Shown here one piece after another: positions 26,945 through 38,000 of a stretch of DNA of 64,000 nt. Positions within the stretch are counted from its first letter, which is position 1, and every line of letters begins with the position of its first letter. The notes under the pieces are model-generated. The model was given only the letters and a program-made list of their open reading frames with translations, was not told where the DNA came from and ran no database searches. This DNA is from Calditrichia bacterium (GTDB lineage: Bacteria > Calditrichota > Calditrichia > RBG-13-44-9 > J075): the NCBI GenBank assembly GCA_050633245.1, contig JBOEGD010000001.1, forward strand, positions 64,001 to 128,000. Reading direction: 5' to 3'. The position numbers and the translations under genes were made by a program.

Positions 26945-29881
26945 ATGTCAAATTTGAAATTAGCTGACTTTTTTGCAGACCTGACAAGAATCACCGAGGG
27001 AGAAGTGCGTACCGATGACTATACCCGCCTTCTTTACAGTACCGATGCGAGTATGTATCAGGTTATGCCGCATGGCGTCTTTTTCCCGCGCCATGTGGAA
27101 GATATTCATGCGGCCATGGAGCTGGCACATTCCTATCGCGTCCCCGTTCTACCCCGTACTGCCGGGAGTAGTTTAGCAGGACAAGCAGTGAATGAGGCGT
27201 TGATAATCGATGTAACTCGTCATCTTGATTCCATTGTTGAAGTAAACGTCGAAGAAAAATGGGTGCGCGTACAGCCCGGCGTAGTACTCGATCACCTCAA
27301 CTCACATTTGTCAGCTTATGGCCTGAAGTTTGGCCCGGATCCTGCGAGCGCAAATCGTGCGGGAATGGGTGGAATTGTTGGGAATAACTCAACAGGCTCT
27401 CACTCTATTTTGTATGGGATGACGGCCGATCATGTGCTGGAAACCGGCGGTGTGCTAAGCGATGGTAACGGATTTCATTTCAAGCCTATCGATGCAGATA
27501 TGCTGCGTCAAAAGGCAAGCCAAAGTGGATTGGAAGCGTCAATCTATCGCGGAATGTCTGAGATTCTCATGCAGGATGCAAATCGCGCTGCAATAAGTGC
27601 CGGGACCGCCAAACACTGGCGTCGCTGTGGCGGTTATAATTTGGATCGGTTTGTGGAATCCGATCTGAGTTATGGCTATCCGCGTCGGGATACACGCTTT
27701 AATTTGTCCAGCCTTATTTGCGGTTCGGAAGGTACTCTCGGTGTTATGACCGACATTAAAGTGGGGCTCGTTGATGTGCCGAAGTCCACGGGCTTTGTGT
27801 TGTTGATGTTTAACGAGCTGAAAGCAGCGCTTGCCGCTGTGCCGACAATCCTCGAAGCAAACCCGTCGGCCATTGAACTGATCGATCATGTTTCACTGCG
27901 CATGTGTCGTCAGATGCCCGAACTTGCACGAATGCTGCGAAGTTTTGCCGACGATAGTGTTTACTGCATCCTGGCTACGGAGTTCTATGGGGCAACGGAG
28001 TCAGAGATTCAAGGCAGTGTCGCCAATCTGCGAAAGAGGCTCGCCGGTGCATCCATTAAATGCGATTTTAAACAGCTTAAAGATCCAAGACTCCAACAAA
28101 ATGTCTGGGCAGTGCGCAAGGCAGGACTTGGTTTGTTAATGAGCGTACGAGGCGATTATAAGCCAGTGCCGTTTATTGAAGACTCTGCTGTTCCACCGGA
28201 AAATCTCGTTGAATATGTGTCAGGAATTGAGAACTTCTGTAAGGATCTCGGTACAGATGTTATTTACTACGCTCATGCGTCTGCCGGTTGCCTGCATATT
28301 CGCCCGATGATAAATGCCAAACTGGGAAGTGAAGTCGAAAAACTCCCGAAGATTTCGCAATTTGCGGTGAAGATGATTCGTCAATATGGCGGAGTTGTCT
28401 CCAGTGAACATGGAGACGGCAAAGCGCGCAGCTGGCTGAATGAATCGTTTTACGGGCCTGAACTGTATGGGATTTTTAAGCAGGTTAAAGGTCTGTTCGA
28501 TCCACATAATTTGATGAACCCCGGTAATGTGGTCGATGCACCTGCAATGACAGAGAACCTGCGCTATGGGGATGGATATTCTTCCCTTCCGGTAGAAACC
28601 CATTTCGATTTTTCGGATCAAGAGGGGTTTGAGCGTGCGGTGGAGATGTGTAATGGCGCCGGTGTTTGTCGTAAGTTAAAGGGGGGCACGATGTGTCCCA
28701 GCTTTATGGCAACGCGCGATGAAGAACACAGTACGCGTGGACGAGCCAATGCGTTGCGTGGTGTGCTTTCCGGTCGGCTTGATGCTGGCGAGCTCACCAG
28801 CGCACGCATGTATAAGGTGATGGAACTTTGCATTGGTTGCAAGGGCTGTAAGGCCGAATGTCCTTCGTCAGTTGATATGGCGCGCATAAAGTCTGAATTT
28901 ATGGCAGCTTATAATAAGCGGCATGGGCTTTCTCTGCGTAGCCGTCTGATGGGTGGCATCGCGCAAACGAGTCGACTTACCGCCGGTTTGCTGGCACCGC
29001 TGGCAAATGGTATGATGAAGTTGTCGTTCAGCAAACTTATGCTGGATAAAATGCTCGGTATCTCATCACGCAGAAGCCTACCAACCTTCGCCAGACAGTC
29101 CTATCTACAGTGGTATAAGAAGCGTCGGCCTGCTGCCGGCTCCGCCGGGCGTGTCGTGCTCTTTCACGATACGTTTAATACCTACAACGATCCGCATATC
29201 GCCATAGCCGCGACTGAAATTCTTGAAGCAGCAGGTTATGAAATCGTTTTGCCCGGCCATCGCTGCTGTGGGCGACCTATGATTTCACTCGGCATGCTGG
29301 ACGAGGCAAAAGCTCTGGCGGAAGACACCGTTTCTAAACTTGCCGGCTATGCACGCGAGGGATTACCGATTGTTGGTCTCGAACCGAGCTGCTTATTGAC
29401 GCTGCGAGATGAGTATTTGCACTTGCTACCGAATAATGCTGATGCCCGACTGGTTGCGGAAAAAAGCATGCTGTTTGATGAGTTCTTTTTACAGATGAAG
29501 GAATCAAATACCCTGCCTCAGTTTACACAGCAAGAGCGCGAAGCAGTAACGATTCACGGGCACTGTCATCAAAAGGCGCTATGCGGGATGAAAGAGCAGA
29601 CTCAGATGTTAACAGCTGCCGGTTACGATTGTCATTTGCTTGACACCGGTTGTTGCGGAATGGCCGGTGCTTTTGGCTACGAATCGGAACATGTCGATAT
29701 CTCGCTAAAAATGGCCGAGCTTAATTTGTTACCTGCCCTGCGTGAGTTAAAGCCGGATGCTCTCATTGCCGCAAGCGGAACGAGCTGTCGTCATCAAATT
29801 ACCGATGGCTGTGGCAAATATGCCCTACACCCTGTTGAACTGGTAAAGCGTCGCCTGAAGAGTGGCGACCAAGAAAAGTAG
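26945..29881 (+). CDS. FAD-linked oxidase / 4Fe-4S / CCG-domain fusion (GlcD-GlcF, YdiJ-like 2-hydroxyacid dehydrogenase)
   Basis: YSTDAS.Y, GSSLAGQ, GSEGTL, SSEHGDG, CNGAGVC..CP, CIGCKGCKAECP, two CCG motifs. Confidence 0.92.
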   Translation: MSNLKLADFFADLTRITEGEVRTDDYTRLLYSTDASMYQVMPHGVFFPRHVEDIHAAMELAHSYRVPVLPRTAGSSLAGQAVNEALIIDVTRHLDSIVEVNVEEKWVRVQPGVVLDHLNSHLSAYGLKFGPDPASANRAGMGGIVGNNSTGSHSILYGMTADHVLETGGVLSDGNGFHFKPIDADMLRQKASQSGLEASIYRGMSEILMQDANRAAISAGTAKHWRRCGGYNLDRFVESDLSYGYPRRDTRFNLSSLICGSEGTLGVMTDIKVGLVDVPKSTGFVLLMFNELKAALAAVPTILEANPSAIELIDHVSLRMCRQMPELARMLRSFADDSVYCILATEFYGATESEIQGSVANLRKRLAGASIKCDFKQLKDPRLQQNVWAVRKAGLGLLMSVRGDYKPVPFIEDSAVPPENLVEYVSGIENFCKDLGTDVIYYAHASAGCLHIRPMINAKLGSEVEKLPKISQFAVKMIRQYGGVVSSEHGDGKARSWLNESFYGPELYGIFKQVKGLFDPHNLMNPGNVVDAPAMTENLRYGDGYSSLPVETHFDFSDQEGFERAVEMCNGAGVCRKLKGGTMCPSFMATRDEEHSTRGRANALRGVLSGRLDAGELTSARMYKVMELCIGCKGCKAECPSSVDMARIKSEFMAAYNKRHGLSLRSRLMGGIAQTSRLTAGLLAPLANGMMKLSFSKLMLDKMLGISSRRSLPTFARQSYLQWYKKRRPAAGSAGRVVLFHDTFNTYNDPHIAIAATEILEAAGYEIVLPGHRCCGRPMISLGMLDEAKALAEDTVSKLAGYAREGLPIVGLEPSCLLTLRDEYLHLLPNNADARLVAEKSMLFDEFFLQMKESNTLPQFTQQEREAVTIHGHCHQKALCGMKEQTQMLTAAGYDCHLLDTGCCGMAGAFGYESEHVDISLKMAELNLLPALRELKPDALIAASGTSCRHQITDGCGKYALHPVELVKRRLKSGDQEK

Positions 29882-29952
29882 AGATTTCTGCCTAATCTGA
29901 CCGTATATTATCCTCTTATAAACTTACTGAACGAATAAAAGGAAATACTCTC

Positions 29953-30576
29953 ATGTTGTCGTTTCAAGAGATGATAACGTATGCTCCGGTTGCAACTCTG
30001 GTTCTAATCTCTACCATCGCTATCAGCCTACATGCCCTATATAACGATCAGCAGTTGCTGTATCGCATGATGCTGCATCCTTACAGTGTCTTTCGCAACA
30101 AGCAGTATGAACTACTGGTGACGCACGGTTTTATACATGCAGACATTGCGCATCTGGCGTTTAATATGTTCACATTCTACTTCTTTGGTATCGCACTGGA
30201 ACTTCACGTGGGACATATTGGCTTCATCATTGTCTATTTTGGGTCGATGTTGGCGAGTGCCTTAATAACCTCCTGGCAGCGAAAAAACAATGAGGAACAT
30301 CGTAGCCTTGGTGCTTCGGGTGCTGTATCCGGCGCCTTGTTGGGGTTTATCCTCTTCCAACCAACGGCATCACTTTACATGATGTTTATTCCGATACCGA
30401 TTCCGGCCTGGCTGTTCGCAATTGCATATATTGGTTATAGTTATTATGCGTCTCAAAATCAGCGTTCGAGGATTGATCATGCAGCGCATTTGTGGGGGGC
30501 GGTAGCTGGTGTGGTACTTACTTTGTTAATAAAGCCGTCAGCGCTCGGCACCTTTATAAGTCAGATGTTTGGTTAA
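29953..30576 (+). CDS. Rhomboid family intramembrane serine protease
   Basis: FIHAD..HLAFNM, GASG (Ser), AHLWG (His). Confidence 0.95.
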   Translation: MLSFQEMITYAPVATLVLISTIAISLHALYNDQQLLYRMMLHPYSVFRNKQYELLVTHGFIHADIAHLAFNMFTFYFFGIALELHVGHIGFIIVYFGSMLASALITSWQRKNNEEHRSLGASGAVSGALLGFILFQPTASLYMMFIPIPIPAWLFAIAYIGYSYYASQNQRSRIDHAAHLWGAVAGVVLTLLIKPSALGTFISQMFG

Positions 30577-30587
30577 AACATCTGACT

Positions 30588-30893
30588 TTATCGTTCGATG
30601 GGAAAAAGCTGATACAGCTTGATATAGTGAAACAGTTCATAAATCTGATCATTTATTCCCTTCACACGCATCTTTCTTCCTTTGGACAGACAGTCCTTGA
30701 AGAATACAATTAGCTTGCCGATTGCAGAGCTGGCGATAAATGTTACGAAGGACATGTTAAAAACCACCTCAGTATAATCAAGCGCCAACAATTCCTGCAG
30801 ATTCTCCCGTAGTTCATCAGACATTTCATTGCCGATGGCACCAGTCATGGTTACATGAAGAATATTACTTTCCTGTTGAAATGAAAACTGCAT
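30588..30893 (-). CDS. STAS-domain anti-sigma-factor antagonist
   Basis: VVFNMS.VTFIASSAIG (phosphorylatable Ser region); AAAGGA RBS before ATG 30893. Confidence 0.85.
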   Translation of the reverse strand: MQFSFQQESNILHVTMTGAIGNEMSDELRENLQELLALDYTEVVFNMSFVTFIASSAIGKLIVFFKDCLSKGRKMRVKGINDQIYELFHYIKLYQLFPIER

Positions 30894-31193
30894 CTTTGCT
30901 ATCCTTTTTGCTATGAAGACTTTTGTTTGTATTGAAATCTTCGACCGATTCAGTACTTCCGTTAGCACAAATATTCAACTAAGCCGCTCGCCTGAATTTG
31001 CTCTTTGCTACATCTTGTTGTATTAAAAGGATCGGCATGAATTGTGGCGGGTTAATAAAATAGTAAAGAGAATATTCACGACTGAATAGACTTCCTGCTT
31101 TTGTTTGTAACGATAGAAGAAAAGAAAAAGCCGCTCGCAAATAAATGATGACGGCTCTATCAGAAGGCAGGAAAAATAAGCGGGGAAATGCAG

Positions 31194-32006
31194 CTAGTTA
31201 CCGCCTGGAAAAACGGGGTCTGGAATTCCGGGTGTTGTATCGCCTGGATCACCACCACTATCGGCCGGATTAGCCAATAGAAAATATGCCGCAGCTCCTG
31301 CTACGACAGCTCCACCACCTGCAACAAATAGCCATACTTTTTTGCCATTTCCTTGCTGCGCTTCTTCGAGCACTATCGGCTCTGCTGGTTCTTTAACTAC
31401 CGATTTGCTTCGTTGAAGCACGACATAAAGAGATTTCGATTCACCGGGGTTTAAGCGAATAAGGTTTTCATAAGCTTCATAACCCTTCTTTTGCACACGA
31501 ATACGATAGGTAGCAGCAGGCAGCCGCCGATTTTGCTGCACCGAAAGGTCTACCAACTCATCATTGATATATACCAGTGCATCCTCCGGCACCATTTTTA
31601 GATTCAATTCAGACAATGCTTCTGAGCCTGTAGAGCGATCGCTGCTGCCAAGAATGTCCGCGCGATAGGCTTTTACTTCCTTGGGTTTAAAAAAGATGCG
31701 TTTGGCAACCGCAACGAATCCCTTTGCTCGAATGGTGATACGATGCGTTCCCGGAGCCAATACGATGTGCCAAGTGCCCGGACTGCGCTGCTCGGTAGAG
31801 TAGATCTGATTATTGGTCTCGAAGCTGAGATCAGGGATTTGCGATGTAACAATAAGTAATGCCCGTTCTGGATTACGAATAATTGTAGTTCGCATCTCCT
31901 GAGACTCACTAATATCTTTCAGCGCCATCTTACCCAAAATTTGCTGCGCGTAGAGCGTGGAAGACAAACACAATCCCAATGAAATGAGGAATAAGAAACG
32001 TTTCAT
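31194..32006 (-). CDS. PEGA-domain exported protein with C-terminal TM anchor
   Basis: Signal peptide; PEDALVYIND..TYRIRVQKKGY (PEGA); C-terminal WLFVAGGGAVVAGAAAYFLL helix and Pro/Gly tail. Confidence 0.8.
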   Translation of the reverse strand: MKRFLFLISLGLCLSSTLYAQQILGKMALKDISESQEMRTTIIRNPERALLIVTSQIPDLSFETNNQIYSTEQRSPGTWHIVLAPGTHRITIRAKGFVAVAKRIFFKPKEVKAYRADILGSSDRSTGSEALSELNLKMVPEDALVYINDELVDLSVQQNRRLPAATYRIRVQKKGYEAYENLIRLNPGESKSLYVVLQRSKSVVKEPAEPIVLEEAQQGNGKKVWLFVAGGGAVVAGAAAYFLLANPADSGGDPGDTTPGIPDPVFPGGN

Positions 32007-35000
32007 TATTTTACCAACATTGCTTTAATGACTTTTGAGTAACTTTCTGCTTCAAAGCGGATAAAATACAGTCCGCTTGCTACCGGTATTCCACGGCTGC
32101 TGTTGCCGTCCCACGTTACAACATGGCTACCGGTTTCGAAGTAGCCACGTATAACCTCTGTAACTTGCTGACCGAGTAGATTATACACTGCCAACCGAAC
32201 ATCGCCCGACTTTGGCAGGTCGAAGCTGATTTGAGTGCTACCATTAAATGGATTCGGATAGTTCTGATGTAGTGCAAATTGCTTTGGCAGCGCTGCGGCA
32301 ATTTCACCGGTCTTTCTTGCGATATAACTCGCATTACCAACGATAAGATAATAGCGGTTTTCACCTGTGTTTTTTAACGGGATCGCAGCGGTCGGTATGT
32401 CGGCGAGGTCGATCGTCTCGTTCAACGTCACGTCTATTAGACGAACTTGCCAGCCATTTGGCAGGTCTTTAGACACAAAGCTCAGCTCCGTGTGCTGTTT
32501 TGAACTTGACTGAGCCTTAAACTCCCACACTGCACCCTCGCGATTTAGCGGACGAATATCACTGGACAGCGTGCGTTCTGCCTGAGTAAGGAAAAGGTTA
32601 TCTATATTGCCTACCGCCAGTGGCTCTTCCTCATCCAGAAAATCGAAGGCCTCGTTTGCTTCAGCGGCCATTCCTATAATGTTATATTCATCCATCCCAA
32701 TTGGGCTGTTCAGGGAGAGTTGAATGCTCCAGTCCAGAAAGCTACCGGTTTTGCCCTTCGGCGCAATTTCATTTCCCAGAGTAATCGCGTCGCCGAGCAG
32801 AACGTCCTGGCTATTCTTGTTGAAGATTGCGAGAGCCTGATAAGGCTTTGCCTGCGAAATGATGGTCGTTGGTGCCAGCTGATCTGTCAGTCGCGACCAG
32901 CTATTGCTTCTTGAGGTCCAGATCGAGCCGATAACCTGCGGAGCATCAATGATAATGTCACTGGCAAAGTTGAACGGCCAGGGAATCAGGTTCCAGCCGG
33001 GCTGTAGAATAGTCGAATTAAAAACGTCTACATCATTGCTTTGTCCACTGCTGCTAGTGAGCTGCTTTTCAGTATCTGACTTATGATAGACGAAGTAGGC
33101 TCGACCAGCGCGAATGCTATTGACAGACTGCAGAGCATTATTTGCGTAGGTATAAGCAGCCCAGTTGGTTGGCTCTCCATTGTCATTAAACTGCTGATTA
33201 CCAAAGAGGCCGGTGAGGGAAATCGTCTCTGTGCTATTAAAAGGCAGGGCTACGCTATTCCAGCCATTTGCCGGCAGACCATCAGGATAGCCACCGTCGC
33301 TGATAATGGTGCTGAAATTGGTGATACGGATATTGACATCATAAACCCCGCCTTCAATCGGTGCAGTGACAACCCCGGCGCTATTTTCTGCCTGAATGCG
33401 AAACCATAGCCCTTTGGCGGTGCTCGCAGAACCCGGAAGCGTAGCCGTATAGGTATCATCACCAGAAGAAATCATACTGATGTTGCTTGCTGTCAGCAGG
33501 TCGTTATCAACTCCGTAATGGAGCGTAACGCTTGGCGAGGTTCCGTTTACCTGAACCTGAACCGTGATAGGGTTTCCTTCTTGCGGTGTTAACGGATTCG
33601 TTATAATGGATGAGGTAATAATTGATGGTGCTGTAACAATCCCTGAGCCCTCTGTCGTTGCATTAATTTCCTGAGAAGCGATCGATTCTCCCCATTGATT
33701 AAAGGCGGTTACAAAATAGTAATAGGTCGTTTCTTCAGATAACTGTTCATCGCGAAACCCGGTAGAGGGGTGTGAGATTGAATCAATTTGCGTAAAACCG
33801 GCCCCGCTGTTTAACGAGCGATATATACGATAGCGGGTTGGATTTCCATTGCTTGCCGCCCAGCTTAGGTCAATCTCGGATGTTGATAGTGGATTGGCAT
33901 CAGGATTTAAGGGCTGAGTCGGCGGGCCGAAAGTGGTACCAGAGGCTGTATTGGATTGAGGTGATTCTCCGGATAGGTTCACAGCCGCTATCTGATAAAA
34001 ATAGGTTGTGGATGGTGTCAAACCGCTATTGACATATCCCGCTACCGGATGAACCGTTGAATCAATTAATACGAATCCTGACTGAGGCAGGAGTGAACGA
34101 TAAATACGATACCGCAGTGGATTGCCGCTGCTTGTTGCCCAACTTAACAATACCTGTGTGTTCGAAACTGTTCCCGCAATAAGATCCGTTGGAGCCGTCG
34201 GTGTACCACTTCCCGGTGTTGTCGCATTTACCTCGATAGACGGTAAGGATGTGCCCCATTGGTTAAGGGCAGATATTTGATAATAATACGTCGTGAATTC
34301 GGTGAGAGCGGTATCGCTATAGGCTGTTTGCGGATGATCCAATGAATCGATCGCCGTAAATGGGCCACCGCTGGATAACGCGCGAAAAATACGGTAGCGA
34401 GTGGGTTGGCCACTGCTTACTTCCCAGCCCAGGTCGATTTGGCTGGATGAAAGGGCCGTTGCTGTTAATCCCGCAGGAACGGTTGGCGCACCGAATGTGG
34501 TTGCGGTTGCCTCTGCAGAAGCCGGTGATTCACCTCCCGCATTTACCGCGCTAACGCGATAGTAGTAGGGGGTAGATGGATTAAGTTCGGCGCTTACATA
34601 GATTGTTTGCGGGTGATTAATCGAGTCGATTTTAACGAATCCTGTTCCGGATGTGAGCGACCGATATATGCGATAGCGAACCGGGTCGCCGCTGATACTC
34701 GCTACCCATTCAATTCTCAGCTCGGACGTCGAAATTGGTGTTGCCGATAGCTCTTGAGGCGCCGCCGGTGCTCCGATATTACCAGTTGTTGCATTCACTT
34801 CATCAGACGGAGGTGATTCCCCCCAGATATTCTGTGCGGTTATTTGATAATAATAAGTTGTAGAGGCATCGAGATTGATGTCACTAAAGCTACTGTCCGG
34901 TGCACTAACCGAATCGATGAGCGCGAATCCGGCGCCCGGTGTCAGGGATCGGAAAAGGCGATATCGTTCTGCACCGCGAACTGCTTTCCAATTCAGGTCG

Positions 35001-38000
35001 ATCTGTGAAGCTGAAATTCCTTGCGCAAGCAGGCCCAGTGGGCGCGTCGGGATGAGTCCGGGTGTATCGACGCTGTCCTCATTCGAGAAGCCAGACTCTC
35101 CCCAAATGTTTCCTGCTGAAACCACATAGTAATAACGTGTCTCTGGTTCAAGCGTATTGTCATTATAGGCTATGGCAGGATGGTCCACAGAGTCTAGCAG
35201 GGTATAGCTTTCTGCTGATACCAGTGACCGATAGAGGTAGTATTTCTGTGGCGTGCCGACGGAGGCCGTCCACGTTAACGCCGCTTGTGTTGGTGATAAA
35301 ACGCTTGTTTGAAGGGCGGTCGGTGCATTAGGTGCTACCCCATTCGTTGTTTCATTAACCTGATTGCTGATCGCAGAGCCACCAAAATTATTCGACGCAT
35401 CAATCTGATAAAAATATGCCGTGGCTGGAAGAAGGCCTCTATCGGTATAAGAAGCAAGTGGGTGGAGAACAGAGTCGACCTTCACGAAGGAGCCGCCAGA
35501 AGATGGCGCGCGATAGATTCGATAATATTGTGGGTTTCCGTCTCCGCTGGTGCTCCAGGCCAGGCCAATACTATCGCTACCTACGCTCGTGATTTGTAGA
35601 TTGGATGCCGGAAGCGGTGGTCCGAAAGTTGTTGCTCCTGATGTGTTCGACGGTGCCGATTCCCCAATTGAATTCACTGCGCGAACCTGATAGTAGTACG
35701 TTGTAGAGGCATTGAGGCCGATATTGCTGAAAGCAGTCGTTGGATGATCTACCGAGTCGATGACGACAAACGCTTCTAATTCAGTAAGCGAGCGATAGAT
35801 ACGATAGCGGATAGGCGTTCCGCTGCTGGCTGTCCAGTTGAGATCAATTTGCGTCTCTGATATTGGTGTGCCTGCCAATGCCTGGGGTGGTGTTGGTGCA
35901 CCAGCCGGGGGTGGTGTGGCTGAAACGCTGTCTGAAGCCAGCGATTCCCCCCAAATGTTACGGGCGCTAACGCGATAATAGTATGTGGTTAATGGCACCA
36001 CGTTCGTATCACTGTAACTCTGTGTCGGGGCCAGAGTCGAGTCCAATAATGTATAGACACCGCCGGGGACAAGGGAACGAAATACACGATAATCAGTGGG
36101 ATTGTTAAGGGCAGCCCCCCAACTGATTGTAATGGAGTCTGTCAGCACCTGTGCTACCGTCAATCCGTTCGGAACTGAGGGTGCCAAACCAAAGGTTGTC
36201 GCATTGACTTCCGGGGAGAGCGCTGATCGCCCCCAAATGTTGACGGCTTGAATGGTATAGTAATATGTTGTTAACGCGGTAAGATTGCTGTCAATATAGC
36301 TGAATGTGTTCTGGGTGATCGAATCCAGAGGAGCAAAACCACTACCCGGCGTAAGCGAGCGATAAATAACGTAGCGCTGCGGCAGGTTCGTTGCTGCTGT
36401 CCATGATAATGCAATACGGCTGTCCGATTGTGTTGTTGCATTCAGACCAGGTGGAATACCGGGTGGAAGACCATTTGTTGTCGCGAGGGCTTCTCCGGAT
36501 TGCCCGGATTCCCCCCAGACATTTGCTGCGCTCATTTTATAGAAATATTGCGTTAAAGTCGGTAAGCCAATATCGCTATAGTTGGTAATAGCTGCGTCGA
36601 CTGAATCGTGAAGAACAAACCCGCTCCCGGAAGTAGTTGAGCGATAAACATAATATTTTTCAGGCAAATTAAGGCTGGCATTCCAGCTAAGATCTATTTG
36701 ACTGGAGGATGTTGCTGTTGCAAGAAGCCCTGTCGGAACCGATGGCGCTACGCCATTTGTCGTTGCCGTTGCCTCATTTGAAAAGCCAGACTCGCCGCCA
36801 TTATTAACTGCTGAAATTCGATAGTAGTAGGTTGTTAAAATACCCAAACTATTGTCCTGATATGTTGTTAGTGGATGAGCGGCAGAGTCTACCAGTACAT
36901 AACCACTTCCAGAGCTAAGCGAACGATAGATAAAATAGGTGCGTGGGGCATCATTGTTTGCCTGCCAGTCTAATCGAATAGAGCTGATGGACAGTGCAGT
37001 TGCGCCTAAATTCTGTGGAGGCGCTGGAGGGAGTATGGTAACGCCTTCCTCTATTGTTATGCGCTGATTGCTATTAATACCGGCAAGCTGCGAGCTGAGT
37101 CCGCTTGGCCAATCGACGAAGATGGAATCTACGGTTAACGAACTTCCCAGTCCAAAATGAGCCGTAATATCGTTCTGGCTTTTGGCACTGGTCTGCCCGC
37201 TTATTTCGCGAATTTGCCAAAGTGGTTGTCCGCCGCCTTGCGTCGTGCGTATTCTGATTCTTGCGCCGATTGCAGTGCTGTTAGAAACGGTTCCAACGAG
37301 ATTCACCTTTATCCAGCGATTGCTGTTGCCATTATTGCGATAAAGAAAGTTTGTTTCTTCATCGTTTGCCACGAAAAGGTCGAGGTCCCCATCATTGTCA
37401 TAGTCTGCCCATGAAGACCCTTCAGATTCACCGGCATCACTAACAACGTTGATGCCGCTAACAGCGGTGAAGTTTAGATTGCCGTCATTGCGATAAAGGC
37501 CATTGTTCTGGCTATTGTTATTCGCAATAAAAATATCGAGGTCGCCATCATTATCATAGTCTGCGACCGAACAATCTTCGGTATCATTACCGAGTAGATC
37601 AATCTCAGGCGCACGCGAAAAACTTCCACTGCCATTGTTTTGATAAAGAAAGTTTATCGCATCGCCGTCAGGTCCGTCATTTGCTACAAACAGATCGAGG
37701 TCGCCGTCATTGTCGAAGTCAGCCCAGAGAGCACTTTCAGAATCTCCTCCATTATTAACCACCGGGCCACTGGTTACCGAAGAAAAGGTGCCGTCACCAT
37801 TATTCTCGTAAAGGAAGTTATTTTCATTCGATCCATTGCCGTCATTGGGAACAAAGAGATCGAGGTCGCCATCGCTATCGATATCGCCCCATATACCGCC
37901 ACTGGATCTGCCGTTGTCTGTGACCACAGGCCCCGATGTAACGGCAGTAAACGTACTATTGCCATTATTTCGGTAGAGTTGATTGCTCTCCGCTATGTTC

